Positions 1 through 12,105 are shown, counted from the whole stretch's first letter. The stretch is 63,869 nucleotides of DNA, filler included, from Lama guanicoe (GCA_013239625.1; 196 parts of 196 records of this genome joined end to end with filler, not necessarily neighbours in it), one strand, 5' to 3'. Notes: generated by a model not told the origin, from the sequence alone. Numbers and translations are program-made.

Positions 1-226
1 CCCCCCCCAAATTCTCATGTTTATCCTTTTCGCCTACTGACTTCAAAATACTGTTAATTTACACTCCCAATGGACATGGCTTAAAGACAGGTGATGTCAG
101 AAAAAAAACAACACAATGTAAGAGCAGATAATATTCATGGGTTTATCAATCCTCAAACTAATAAATACTTAAATCATACAAGCATAAACTCTATTCTCTA
201 AATATTTATCTCTAACAAAGCTGAGG

Positions 227-326
227 NNNNNNNNNNNNNNNNNNNNNNNNNNNNNNNNNNNNNNNNNNNNTTAATTAATTAANNNNNNNNNNNNNNNNNN
301 NNNNNNNNNNNNNNNNNNNNNNNNNN
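227..326. other. Artificial 100-bp contig linker N44-TTAATTAATTAA-N44 (first of ~195 copies, one every ~326-327 bp)
   Basis: The same N44/12-mer/N44 block separates every fragment; TTAATTAATTAA is self-complementary and gives TAA in all six frames. Confidence 0.99.
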
Positions 327-652
327 TGGAAGTCCAGCCAAGGAGGTCAGTCCAGATGGACACCGAGGGGCAGAGCGGGACGGGGCTGGCTGCATACTGT
401 TGCTGAATGTTTCAAACTGGACAGGCGACACTGAGTATCAATGCATGATCATAGCTGCTGGGGCTGGTGCAAAACCAGTTTTGTCACGGCCATTAATTTC
501 TAGAAAAGGCCGCGTGCCATCGAGCGGTTAGGGAGCCTGCTCGTGGCCAGATNNNNNNNNNNNNNNNNNNNNNNNNNNNNNNNNNNNNNNNNNNNNTTAA
601 TTAATTAANNNNNNNNNNNNNNNNNNNNNNNNNNNNNNNNNNNNNNNNNNNN

Positions 653-756
653 AAGAATATGAAAATGAACATATGTATGTATATGTATGACTGAAACATT
701 ACACTGTATACCAGAAACTGACACAACATTGTAAACTGACTATGCTTCAATAAAAA
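653..756 (+). mobile_element. LINE-1 3' terminus (cetartiodactyl-type 3'UTR)
   Basis: ctgtataccagaaactgacacaacattgtaaactgactatgcttcaataaaaa matches the L1 3' end with polyA signal. Confidence 0.85.
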
Positions 757-1116
757 GATGAATATTTCTAAATCCCCAAAAAACCAAGCCAAAAAGAAAA
801 GAACTTATCATGATTTCAAAGAAACCAACTGAGGAATGAAAAGATTCTAGAATCTGCCTGATGTCATAGACTTGGCAGNNNNNNNNNNNNNNNNNNNNNN
901 NNNNNNNNNNNNNNNNNNNNNNTTAATTAATTAANNNNNNNNNNNNNNNNNNNNNNNNNNNNNNNNNNNNNNNNNNNNTTGCAAAGAGGACATGATATGA
1001 TTAATAAGTAGGACAGATCACAGGCCAGCAAGGAGACTGAGCGGTATTGGAGCGTCACTGAAGGAGCAGAGAGAGTGTGGGTGTCAAGCCTTAAAACACC
1101 AGAGGGAAGTAAGGAA

Positions 1117-1204
1117 ACACAAATCAAAACTCTCATAAGTGTCATCTCACACCAGTCAGAATGGTTTGTATCAAAAACTCTACAAATGATAAATGCTGGA
1201 GAGG
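1117..1204 (+). mobile_element. LINE-1 ORF2 remnant
   Basis: caaatcaaaact...catctcacaccagtcagaatgg...aaatgctggagagg corresponds to the [20 protein letters not shown] region. Confidence 0.8.
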
Positions 1205-1630
1205 NNNNNNNNNNNNNNNNNNNNNNNNNNNNNNNNNNNNNNNNNNNNTTAATTAATTAANNNNNNNNNNNNNNNNNNNNNNNNNNNNNNNNNNNNNNNN
1301 NNNNCCCATGCTCATCATGAAATCCACCTGCAGTGATCTCCTGGCCTTGTTTGAACTGCGTGTGCTAGTTGAGAGAAAGGGATGTGCTGTGGCTCACCCT
1401 AAACCCTGTCTACTTGACTGCTGAGTCTAGCGTTCTCCCCTGGTCTGTGGTGATAGTTAGTGTTTTTATGGGGCTAATTGGGCTCCCTTATCACTGCTGT
1501 TTGGGGCTACACTTGGGTCACTGAAGGGATNNNNNNNNNNNNNNNNNNNNNNNNNNNNNNNNNNNNNNNNNNNNTTAATTAATTAANNNNNNNNNNNNNN
1601 NNNNNNNNNNNNNNNNNNNNNNNNNNNNNN

Positions 1631-1856
1631 CTATTCAGCCTTCCTTCCCACTGTCCCTTGGCAACCACTGATCTTTTTACCGTCTCCGTACTTTTGCCTT
1701 TTCCATAATGTCTTATAGTTGAAAACACCAGCATGTAGGCTTTTCAGATAGGCTTCTTTCACTTAGTCATATGCATTAACGTTTCCTCCATGTCTTTTGT
1801 GGCTTGAGAGCTCATTTCTTTTTAGCATGGAATAATATTCCATCATTTAGATAGAG
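1631..1856 (-). mobile_element. Old L1M (L1MB/L1MC-like) 3' region
   Basis: ggcaaccactgatcttttta...ggcttctttcacttag...gaataatattccat is typical antisense L1M 3' end. Confidence 0.75.
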
Positions 1857-1956
1857 NNNNNNNNNNNNNNNNNNNNNNNNNNNNNNNNNNNNNNNNNNNN
1901 TTAATTAATTAANNNNNNNNNNNNNNNNNNNNNNNNNNNNNNNNNNNNNNNNNNNN

Positions 1957-2508
1957 TTGTCAGTGAGACTCTACCTCCTGCAATAGAATTTCAGCCTAGA
2001 CCTATTTAGATATGCCTGTAACTTTTATGAAAATTTACTGTATAGTCTGATGTAATTACTTACTAGTACCAGAAAATATTGATGTTATGTATAATATTAT
2101 CATACTATATATGACAATGTCTTTTTCTTTACACAGATCAAGCTTCTGAAATTCAGGTGACAATGATGCTTACTGAAAGTTGNNNNNNNNNNNNNNNNNN
2201 NNNNNNNNNNNNNNNNNNNNNNNNNNTTAATTAATTAANNNNNNNNNNNNNNNNNNNNNNNNNNNNNNNNNNNNNNNNNNNNTTGTCAGTGAGACTCTAC
2301 CTCCTGCAATAGAATTTCAGCCTAGACCTATCTAGATATGCCTGTAACTTTTATGAAAATTTACTGTATAGTCTGATGTAACTACTTACTAGTACCAGAA
2401 AATATTGATGTTATATATAATATTATCATACTATATATGACAGTGTCTTTTTCTTTACGCAGATCAAGCTTCTGAAATTCAGGTGACAATGATGCTTACT
2501 GAAAGTTG
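1957..2508. repeat. Near-identical contig pair (1957-2182 and 2283-2508), assembly bubble
   Basis: 226 bp each, 5 substitutions (all transitions), first 49 and last 49 bp identical. Confidence 0.95.
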
Positions 2509-5500
2509 NNNNNNNNNNNNNNNNNNNNNNNNNNNNNNNNNNNNNNNNNNNNTTAATTAATTAANNNNNNNNNNNNNNNNNNNNNNNNNNNNNNNNNNNN
2601 NNNNNNNNGTCCAGATGAAGTCTTGACATCACAGATGATTCATGACCTTATCATTACGGAAATCAGAGCTTGTCCATGGTTCTCACAGTGGGAAAAAAGT
2701 GATTTTTCCTCTCTGATTAGTGTTGTAGCCCAAATATAGAAGAACTATAGCATAAAAGTCACAAGGATGAAGGGGACGCTAGTTTTTTTCCCCTAAAAAC
2801 AAGCAGCCAGTGGAGGATGGGAGTGAGTACAGCTNNNNNNNNNNNNNNNNNNNNNNNNNNNNNNNNNNNNNNNNNNNNTTAATTAATTAANNNNNNNNNN
2901 NNNNNNNNNNNNNNNNNNNNNNNNNNNNNNNNNNGTGTTGGGGCAGGAGGTTGCAGGCTCTGCACGATCACCCGCTGGTACAAGCCCAAACGCTGTTCTG
3001 ATACTTAGTCATCCTCATCTGGGTGTAAAGTCATGCTGTGTCACAGGAACATTTAGAGATGAAAACAAGAGACCTTAATGGGAGAACCGTGACTCCAAAT
3101 CCAAAAGGAGTGTTAGTGAGAATTGTTCTCAAGAAATCTAATATCTAGACTCCTCCCTGANNNNNNNNNNNNNNNNNNNNNNNNNNNNNNNNNNNNNNNN
3201 NNNNTTAATTAATTAANNNNNNNNNNNNNNNNNNNNNNNNNNNNNNNNNNNNNNNNNNNNGAATGAATGAAGTGTGGACTTGAGGAGATCAGGTAAAGCA
3301 AGATGACTTACTATGTAATGATTCTGATTTTCAGGTTCTTTGGCCTTAGATTTCTGAGGCGTATGGCTAACTCGGCTAACCATACCTAGCACATGTCTAG
3401 CTTAAATATGGGGACAATACAAATGAAACCTGCTGTGACTGACAAGGAAGCAGGAGGGCAAGGGCTTCAGAGTCTTTTTTTTTCCCNNNNNNNNNNNNNN
3501 NNNNNNNNNNNNNNNNNNNNNNNNNNNNNNTTAATTAATTAANNNNNNNNNNNNNNNNNNNNNNNNNNNNNNNNNNNNNNNNNNNNAAGCCTGATTTCAT
3601 TTTATTTCTAGTGATGGGGGTGGGTGATAAAAAAATTGCTGGAACTACTAAATTCATTTCCATTTCCCAGCCTAAGTGCTTCACATTAGCTTCAATTGCC
3701 CTTCTGCCACAAAAAAGGTTTTCATATCCTACAGATGTATTCAGAAAGACTAAAATCAAGTAGAGTGGAGCCCACACTCCTGGCAGGGCTGCTGTCTTAG
3801 CAGAGTTGGGAANNNNNNNNNNNNNNNNNNNNNNNNNNNNNNNNNNNNNNNNNNNNTTAATTAATTAANNNNNNNNNNNNNNNNNNNNNNNNNNNNNNNN
3901 NNNNNNNNNNNNAAAAAAAATCATGTTGATTGGCCCTATTTTCAACTGATCACAAAACCCCCCAAGGGGGCCTTAATGCTGCAAGGCACTCCTACTGCGT
4001 GTCCCACGGGTCGGAAGGTACGATAATCTCAGTCGTGGATGGCTGTTTAATGGTATCTCACAGAAGCACAGTGTTTCCTAGGGGCGGTGTAATGTACTTG
4101 CTAATATCCCAGATGCCCACTTGACATCTTCAGTTGAANNNNNNNNNNNNNNNNNNNNNNNNNNNNNNNNNNNNNNNNNNNNTTAATTAATTAANNNNNN
4201 NNNNNNNNNNNNNNNNNNNNNNNNNNNNNNNNNNNNNNATGAGAAGGTGGGCGGGATCAAGATGGTAGGTGTGGATGTACCGACGTTCTTCACCACCATG
4301 GATTGTGTGGAACACACAGGAGGCTGAAGCCGAGGGTGAGGATTTTTTCTCTCGTCTTGGCAGAGCCAGACAGAAAGGAAGGCTATGGACATTTCTTGAG
4401 GTGCTTTCTCAGATTGAGGGCCTTTGCCATTAAGGGGCTCAAGAAGCAACCACATCAGACCATTNNNNNNNNNNNNNNNNNNNNNNNNNNNNNNNNNNNN
4501 NNNNNNNNTTAATTAATTAANNNNNNNNNNNNNNNNNNNNNNNNNNNNNNNNNNNNNNNNNNNNATTTTTCTATCTTTAGATTTCTTGTTGTTGTATTAT
4601 GTAGTCTTTTCCCATATTGGATAAAAATCTTTTAAAGTAATTAGCCATAAGCGTAATTAGCCAGATTGTAAGGGTTTTCTTTGAGCAAACCACTACTATT
4701 AATTGAATACATATGCTCAGATGTTATACAAAACAGTATGTGGTTGTAAAAACAGAGCAAGGCTGAGAGTTAGACACCTAAGTTCTCATTNNNNNNNNNN
4801 NNNNNNNNNNNNNNNNNNNNNNNNNNNNNNNNNNTTAATTAATTAANNNNNNNNNNNNNNNNNNNNNNNNNNNNNNNNNNNNNNNNNNNNCAAAGCCTTC
4901 TATGACTTTTATTACATGCTTGGCACTTTCCTAAAGATTTCACACAGAGACGTCATTGAAAGCTCAACTCTGTGAGATAGACAGGTGTTCAAAGGAATTT
5001 ACGGATGAACTAACTCAGGCACAGAGGAGTTCAGGACTTTTAAAATAGCAAATGGCCAGGATTCACTCTTCCTTATGGAAATATCTATGATGCAATTTTT
5101 TTCATTTTATTAAAAANNNNNNNNNNNNNNNNNNNNNNNNNNNNNNNNNNNNNNNNNNNNTTAATTAATTAANNNNNNNNNNNNNNNNNNNNNNNNNNNN
5201 NNNNNNNNNNNNNNNNGCACACAGCACATTGAAATCTCCTGAGGTTACCTCTGTACAGTTGGCCCAAGTCCTCCATCAGGCTCAGGCAGTCTGTTTCATC
5301 CCACACCTGCTGGTTGGTGTCTAAGCCTGGGGATCATGAGGACACTTTTTGCCCATTTATCTTTGTTCTGTCAGTCAAGGGCTATTCTATACTATTTCAA
5401 GCCTCAGAGGTTCCCCCTCCATCCAGCTGACCTCTTCATTGGNNNNNNNNNNNNNNNNNNNNNNNNNNNNNNNNNNNNNNNNNNNNTTAATTAATTAANN

Positions 5501-5904
5501 NNNNNNNNNNNNNNNNNNNNNNNNNNNNNNNNNNNNNNNNNNGTTTCACTGGTTCCCTGATACCTCGGAACAGCCGTAGATTGAGGGCACCAGAGGCTCA
5601 CTCCCCTCTCCCATCTCCTGTGTTCAATCTGGCTGCATCTGTTCAGCCACCACAGGCAACAGAGTCTTCCCTTCCCCAACTGAACGGCCCTTCGTAACCC
5701 TGCCAGTTGAGCTGGCATTGATCTTGCTTTCCACCGGACAAGAGCCATCTGTAACAGAAACCATTGAANNNNNNNNNNNNNNNNNNNNNNNNNNNNNNNN
5801 NNNNNNNNNNNNTTAATTAATTAANNNNNNNNNNNNNNNNNNNNNNNNNNNNNNNNNNNNNNNNNNNNATATAAATTAGAAAACTCAAGAGAATATCATA
5901 CTTT

Positions 5905-6028
5905 GGGGGCGGGGTGTAGCTCAGTGGTGGAGCACGTGCTTAGCATGCACGAGGTCTCAGGTTCAATCCCCAGCACCTCCATTAAAAGCAAACCAACCAA
6001 ACAACCTAAACCCCACCCCCAAAAGAAA
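5905..6028 (+). mobile_element. tRNA-Ala(AGC)-derived SINE (camelid vic-1-like), full length with TSD
   Basis: A box tagctcagtgg, B box ggttcaatccc, A/C-rich tail; 16-bp TSD aagagaatatcatact (5887-5902) / aagagaatgtcatact (6029-6044). Confidence 0.9.
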
Positions 6029-6569
6029 AAGAGAATGTCATACTATCATTCCCTCTGTTGTTCTTTCTTTCTTCCTGGTTTTCCAAGATTTCTANNNNNN
6101 NNNNNNNNNNNNNNNNNNNNNNNNNNNNNNNNNNNNNNTTAATTAATTAANNNNNNNNNNNNNNNNNNNNNNNNNNNNNNNNNNNNNNNNNNNNTGAAGA
6201 GAGCTGCGTGGAGTTGTCTCTCGAGCTCCCCCAAGCAATGACATTGGTTCCGGAATCCTGAGCGTTGGGAAGTTCCACCAAAGGTCGGCAGCGCTTGGGT
6301 TCTAACGGAATGCCTCAGATCGACACCCCTGGGTTTTTTCCTAATGTCTCTTTTCCATGGAATGCTAGATGGGTTTGCAGGAAATCCCAGTGTCAGAGTC
6401 TGCCTCCCCAAGGTCAGGGNNNNNNNNNNNNNNNNNNNNNNNNNNNNNNNNNNNNNNNNNNNNTTAATTAATTAANNNNNNNNNNNNNNNNNNNNNNNNN
6501 NNNNNNNNNNNNNNNNNNNAAACTAATTTTTACAACACTTAATATAAGAACTTGCCCTCTAGAATTTAC

Positions 6570-6745
6570 CTTTAGAATCATCCTTGTTGGAATCTTTATT
6601 CTGACAACTTTTTTCATTATCTTTAAACAAGATGGCTGGAAAAAAAGCTCTCAAATCAATGAGGTTTTTCATAAAAATTCCGAGCATCTTCATCTTCCCA
6701 TATACCACCTTCCAAGTCATAATCTCCAGGTTTACCCGGTGTAAA
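6570..6745 (-). pseudogene. UPF2: UPF2 (RENT2) exon fragment with +1 frameshift, followed by a 5' splice site
   Basis: Translates FTPGKPGDYDLEGGIWEDEDARNFYE[+1 A]NLIDLRAFFPAILFKDNEKSCQNKDSNKDDSK, then G|GTAAAT; matches recalled UPF2 FTPGKPGEYDLEGGIWEDEDARNFYENLIDLKAFVPAILFKDNEKSCQNK. Confidence 0.88.
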
Positions 6746-6845
6746 NNNNNNNNNNNNNNNNNNNNNNNNNNNNNNNNNNNNNNNNNNNNTTAATTAATTA
6801 ANNNNNNNNNNNNNNNNNNNNNNNNNNNNNNNNNNNNNNNNNNNN

Positions 6846-7071
6846 CAGGCCGAGCGCGGGGCCGATGGTTCCTGGAGGGAGAAGGAACATACCTCCTTTA
6901 GGGGCTTCTGGAGCTCAGCGGCCCCAGCCTCACTCCAGGAGGTAGTTGGCGATGCACCTGAACGCGAGGCTTGAGGGCAGGGCCAGTGCAACCTCAACTC
7001 TTCCGGAGAGCGGTGTTGCTTCACGAGTGTGCGGTACCCGCGCAGTTGAGGGCGGAAGGAATCGGAGGAAA
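6846..7071. promoter_or_regulatory. CpG-rich fragment, possible CpG-island promoter edge
   Basis: High GC, many retained CpGs, ETS-like gcggaag near the 3' end. Confidence 0.4.
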
Positions 7072-8475
7072 NNNNNNNNNNNNNNNNNNNNNNNNNNNNN
7101 NNNNNNNNNNNNNNNTTAATTAATTAANNNNNNNNNNNNNNNNNNNNNNNNNNNNNNNNNNNNNNNNNNNNTGCGTAGCGCACAACCGCCCCCAAGCGCA
7201 GCTGCGCCCCCTCTGAGACAACCCTGCCACACTCTCAGGCTTGTCTTCCTCAGGCAGCAACCCTGCTTTGTGCGAGACAGGTGCTCTGGATACTCAAGGA
7301 CACTCTATATATACTGAGACAACTCGAGAAGCTCTATATATACTGAGACTCTATATATACTGAGACAACTCGACTTTCGGATTCAGTGAAGCTCTGCNNN
7401 NNNNNNNNNNNNNNNNNNNNNNNNNNNNNNNNNNNNNNNNNTTAATTAATTAANNNNNNNNNNNNNNNNNNNNNNNNNNNNNNNNNNNNNNNNNNNNGGG
7501 TTCGTCTTCTGTGGATGAGCCCCGTTTGCTCATTTGGTGGTTCTCCAGCAGCCCTTCTCCACCGGGGTTCCTCGTGGGAACCACAGAACACAGAACATGG
7601 TCTGAGTGACAGTTTTCTCAGTCTGCCCAGGATCGTTCACAGCTAGGACTATCCCGGGGGCAGAGGAGAGAAGTGAATTCACTCCGTGCAGCGGATGCCT
7701 CAGGGCGCTGGGCTTTATTTTTTNNNNNNNNNNNNNNNNNNNNNNNNNNNNNNNNNNNNNNNNNNNNTTAATTAATTAANNNNNNNNNNNNNNNNNNNNN
7801 NNNNNNNNNNNNNNNNNNNNNNNGCATGTCAACTATCGAATAAACCCTGATGACCACAATACATTGAGGGTAGAGATGGAGGATGCTGGATGGAGCTAAT
7901 CAGGAAGGCTTCCAGGAAGAGGCGACGATGATTCATGATCAAGGCTTCCAGGAAGAGGTGGCCATGAGGGTGATGGTTTCCTGGGAAGCTGAGGTGCTGA
8001 AGGACAGCTGTCCCCAATTCACCGAGTTGGAGATAGTTCCTTGGTTGCTNNNNNNNNNNNNNNNNNNNNNNNNNNNNNNNNNNNNNNNNNNNNTTAATTA
8101 ATTAANNNNNNNNNNNNNNNNNNNNNNNNNNNNNNNNNNNNNNNNNNNNTAGCTTTTTCTTATCTGTCTGAAGCCCTGCTGTAAAAGCTGTGTCGTGTAA
8201 ATTCACCTGTGTATCTGTTAACAATTTCTAAACTATTTAACAATCATAAATACTTAACCTCCAAAGTAACCTGCAAAGTTTAAATAGAGATGACACTGTG
8301 TTTTTCTCCCTTTAAAAACTCACCTAAACAAAACAATCACAGACGTACTGAAATATCATCAACATAGATTGTAGANNNNNNNNNNNNNNNNNNNNNNNNN
8401 NNNNNNNNNNNNNNNNNNNTTAATTAATTAANNNNNNNNNNNNNNNNNNNNNNNNNNNNNNNNNNNNNNNNNNNN

Positions 8476-8535
8476 AAGAAGATGTGGTATACTTATATAA
8501 TGGAATACTACTCAGTGATAAAAAGAATAAAAAGG
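8476..8535 (+). mobile_element. LINE-1 ORF2 C-terminal remnant
   Basis: aagaagatgtggtatacttatataatggaatactactcag resembles KKMWY..MEYYS. Confidence 0.75.
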
Positions 8536-9127
8536 AAAAACAATAAAATAAAGACTTTATTGATACACTATATATCAAGAAATGTGCTAAAATTGTAGAA
8601 TACAAAGATTTAAAAAGCCAATCTCAGCTCTCACAAGTTTTTTAGTATTGTCTGTCTATGTGGGGCAGGGGAATGGATATACGCACACAACCAAAAATAA
8701 TNNNNNNNNNNNNNNNNNNNNNNNNNNNNNNNNNNNNNNNNNNNNTTAATTAATTAANNNNNNNNNNNNNNNNNNNNNNNNNNNNNNNNNNNNNNNNNNN
8801 NGAGCAGGTCCAGGGAGATCCCACAGGTCAGGCACTTAGCCAGATGCCTGGCTTATAACGTCTAAGCCATAAATGTTGCCTATTAATCTTACTGATTGTT
8901 CACAAAATTAGTTGCTCTTTGGAAAGGGAACTGATTGCTGGGCAGAGAGAAGAGCATCAGACTAGAAGCACACAGTCGGACCCTGGCTCTGCCACTCATA
9001 AGCTGTGTGGCCTCAGGTCATCACATANNNNNNNNNNNNNNNNNNNNNNNNNNNNNNNNNNNNNNNNNNNNTTAATTAATTAANNNNNNNNNNNNNNNNN
9101 NNNNNNNNNNNNNNNNNNNNNNNNNNN

Positions 9128-9353
9128 TCATTGCAAATCTGGTAATGTTTTATTGGATTTCAGACACTGTAAATTTTACCATTTTGAGTGTTAGAGATTT
9201 TTTTATACCCATAAATATTCTTGAGCTCTATTCTATAAGGCAGTTAAGTTACTTAGAAAAAGTTTAATCTTTTCAGGTCTTGTTTTTAAAATGTGTCAGG
9301 TGTTAAAAAGTAGTGCTTTTTCTAGGGCTAATAATTTCCCGTTATTAAAACAA
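9128..9353 (-). mobile_element. Old L1M 5' region
   Basis: ataaatattcttgagct...cagttaagttactt...ctagggctaat pattern of antisense L1M 5' end. Confidence 0.6.
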
Positions 9354-10105
9354 NNNNNNNNNNNNNNNNNNNNNNNNNNNNNNNNNNNNNNNNNNNNTTA
9401 ATTAATTAANNNNNNNNNNNNNNNNNNNNNNNNNNNNNNNNNNNNNNNNNNNNTTTTTTTTTTCTTTACTCCTTCCTCCCTCTTTCTGCCTAGAACTCAG
9501 ATCTGTGGTCTAATGATACATGAGCTATCAAGGCCTTAAGGGAAGAAGCTTGAAGACAGTCTTAGAGTTTAAAGATGGAAGAATAGGAAATAGAGAAAAA
9601 TCCCCAAATCTCTTATGGTACCACGGAGCTGCTGCACTCTCTAGATTGTTACACGTGAAAAAGAATTTTTTGAAAGCTANNNNNNNNNNNNNNNNNNNNN
9701 NNNNNNNNNNNNNNNNNNNNNNNTTAATTAATTAANNNNNNNNNNNNNNNNNNNNNNNNNNNNNNNNNNNNNNNNNNNNAGTACTCCCTCCTCAAGTCAC
9801 TCACTCCACTCCTTAGGGAAAAACACGAACAGAATGCCAGATCCACCGTTGATGATAAGAAGTGGGGTCTCCAATGGGCTAAAATTACGTCCTTAAATCT
9901 GTGAACCTTCTCTCGGAGAGCTTTGTGGGTGGCGTCCTATTCCTTGAGGCGACAGATTATTATGCTATGTTATTAGATTAGCGTTTAGACCACTAATGTT
10001 GGTATNNNNNNNNNNNNNNNNNNNNNNNNNNNNNNNNNNNNNNNNNNNNTTAATTAATTAANNNNNNNNNNNNNNNNNNNNNNNNNNNNNNNNNNNNNNN
10101 NNNNN

Positions 10106-10310
10106 CCAAAATGACACAAAGAAATGGAAAGATTTCTTGTGCTCTTGGACTGGAGGAATCAACGCTATTAAAATGGCCACACTACCCAAAGCAATCCAAG
10201 ATCCATTGCAGCCCCCGTCAAAATACTCATGACATTCCTCACAGAACTAGAGCAGACAATTCCAAAGTTTATAAGGAACCACAAAAGACCTTGAACAGCT
10301 AAAGCAATCT
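10106..10310 (+). mobile_element. LINE-1 ORF2 fragment
   Basis: DTKKWKDFLCSWTGGINAIKMATLPKAI-like translation. Confidence 0.88.
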
Positions 10311-10538
10311 TTAGTAGGTCTTTTTTTTTTTNNNNNNNNNNNNNNNNNNNNNNNNNNNNNNNNNNNNNNNNNNNNTTAATTAATTAANNNNNNNNNNNNN
10401 NNNNNNNNNNNNNNNNNNNNNNNNNNNNNNNGGGATGAATCCACCAAGGCCTGTAATTCTTGATGGACATCCACACTACTTCCTTCAGGTCACTACTTTG
10501 TAAAAGTTCACAGATGCTTGGGTTCTGATGGGGCTTAC

Positions 10539-10657
10539 CTGACCAGTTCTGTGTGCAGAGATTTGACATGATGGTGCTGGGCAAGGGGACTTTGTGTACA
10601 GTTGGCTCAGACCTTGTTTGCTGTTTCTGTGCTGACTTATTTATATCCTTCAGATAC
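10539..10657 (-). CDS. Candidate exon 3' part, unidentified protein
   Basis: Single open frame YLKDINKSAQKQQTRSEPTVHKVPLPSTIMSNLCTQNWS ending at strong donor CAG|GTAAGC. Confidence 0.3.
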
Positions 10658-11094
10658 NNNNNNNNNNNNNNNNNNNNNNNNNNNNNNNNNNNNNNNNNNN
10701 NTTAATTAATTAANNNNNNNNNNNNNNNNNNNNNNNNNNNNNNNNNNNNNNNNNNNNGTCTGTGGAGGAGAGAGCACAGGGGAGGAAGGCAGGAGAGGGG
10801 GCATCTCCCTCACGTCTTCCCCCTGTGGGAGCGGTGTGTGGACCATCGGATTCAGCAATTAACAAGCTTTAAAAAGGCTGCCGTGCTGGTGTGGTGTGGG
10901 GGAAGTCATTACCTCAGTGTGTATAGAGGAGCAAAGGGGAGGAATTTGGGACACTGAGGATAGACATCTCCTTCCTTCCACGTNNNNNNNNNNNNNNNNN
11001 NNNNNNNNNNNNNNNNNNNNNNNNNNNTTAATTAATTAANNNNNNNNNNNNNNNNNNNNNNNNNNNNNNNNNNNNNNNNNNNNTCTTTGCAGCA

Positions 11095-11230
11095 TGGATT
11101 TCCCATGTGTAAAATCACGTGTGTGGATATCTACCTTGTAGGATTATAAGGTAGATTTACGTTAATTAATATATTAAAATGCTTAGAATAGTGTCTGATA
11201 TAAAGAAAGCATTCAATAAATATTATCTTT
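11095..11230 (+). mobile_element. MIR SINE 3' half
   Basis: tttcccatgtgtaaaat...aaaatgcttagaatagtgtctga...cattcaataaatattat. Confidence 0.7.
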
Positions 11231-12105
11231 TGCTACTACAGAAGGTGTGCTCAATCCTGTGTTTGTGTGTTTGTGAGTGTGTGTATACACATACAGATAT
11301 AAACATGTANNNNNNNNNNNNNNNNNNNNNNNNNNNNNNNNNNNNNNNNNNNNTTAATTAATTAANNNNNNNNNNNNNNNNNNNNNNNNNNNNNNNNNNN
11401 NNNNNNNNNGGTGATGATGTGTTGTTCCTCCGTACAGCAGAATTAGGCATCCTGAGTGTAAATTACAGGAGCATACTTTTGGGTGGGAGTAGAGAACCCT
11501 GTACACTGAGCTGTACACTATGCAGTAGGCTGGCTCAGGCTCTTAATGAGCCACTGCAGTGATCGACCATGGGCTGAATGAACCACTGCAAGGAGAAATT
11601 TCTGAGTGCATGGGAGTGTGAATTAGGTCACATCTNNNNNNNNNNNNNNNNNNNNNNNNNNNNNNNNNNNNNNNNNNNNTTAATTAATTAANNNNNNNNN
11701 NNNNNNNNNNNNNNNNNNNNNNNNNNNNNNNNNNNCCATAGCTGGTGTCTATTATATATTGGATAGCACAGCTCTAAGCAAACATATATTTTAAATTTTA
11801 ATAAATCCAGCTAAAATATACTCCAGGGGGTCTGTATGAGCACACATCCCCACGAAGTGCCTGTTTTCCCACATCCTCACCAATACTTTTAAATTTTTGC
11901 CAACCAGTGAAAAGTGGTGTCTTATTGTGAGGTTAAAATTATTTTGTGTTGAGCACATGTTNNNNNNNNNNNNNNNNNNNNNNNNNNNNNNNNNNNNNNN
12001 NNNNNTTAATTAATTAANNNNNNNNNNNNNNNNNNNNNNNNNNNNNNNNNNNNNNNNNNNNTCTCATGCCATATCTAACTGTTCACAAGAGTGTTGGACT
12101 TCCAT

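Noticed and set aside
4239..4330. Possible L1 5' end (gggatcaagatggtagg)
   Set aside because: YY1-like core is imperfect and I could not match the downstream sequence with confidence.
5905..5982. Functional tRNA-Ala(AGC) gene
   Set aside because: It has a SINE tail, a TSD and several diverged sister copies, so it is a tRNA-derived SINE.
11162..11170. ttaattaat inside a fragment as linker contamination
   Set aside because: Lies within AT-rich MIR sequence without N padding; chance match.
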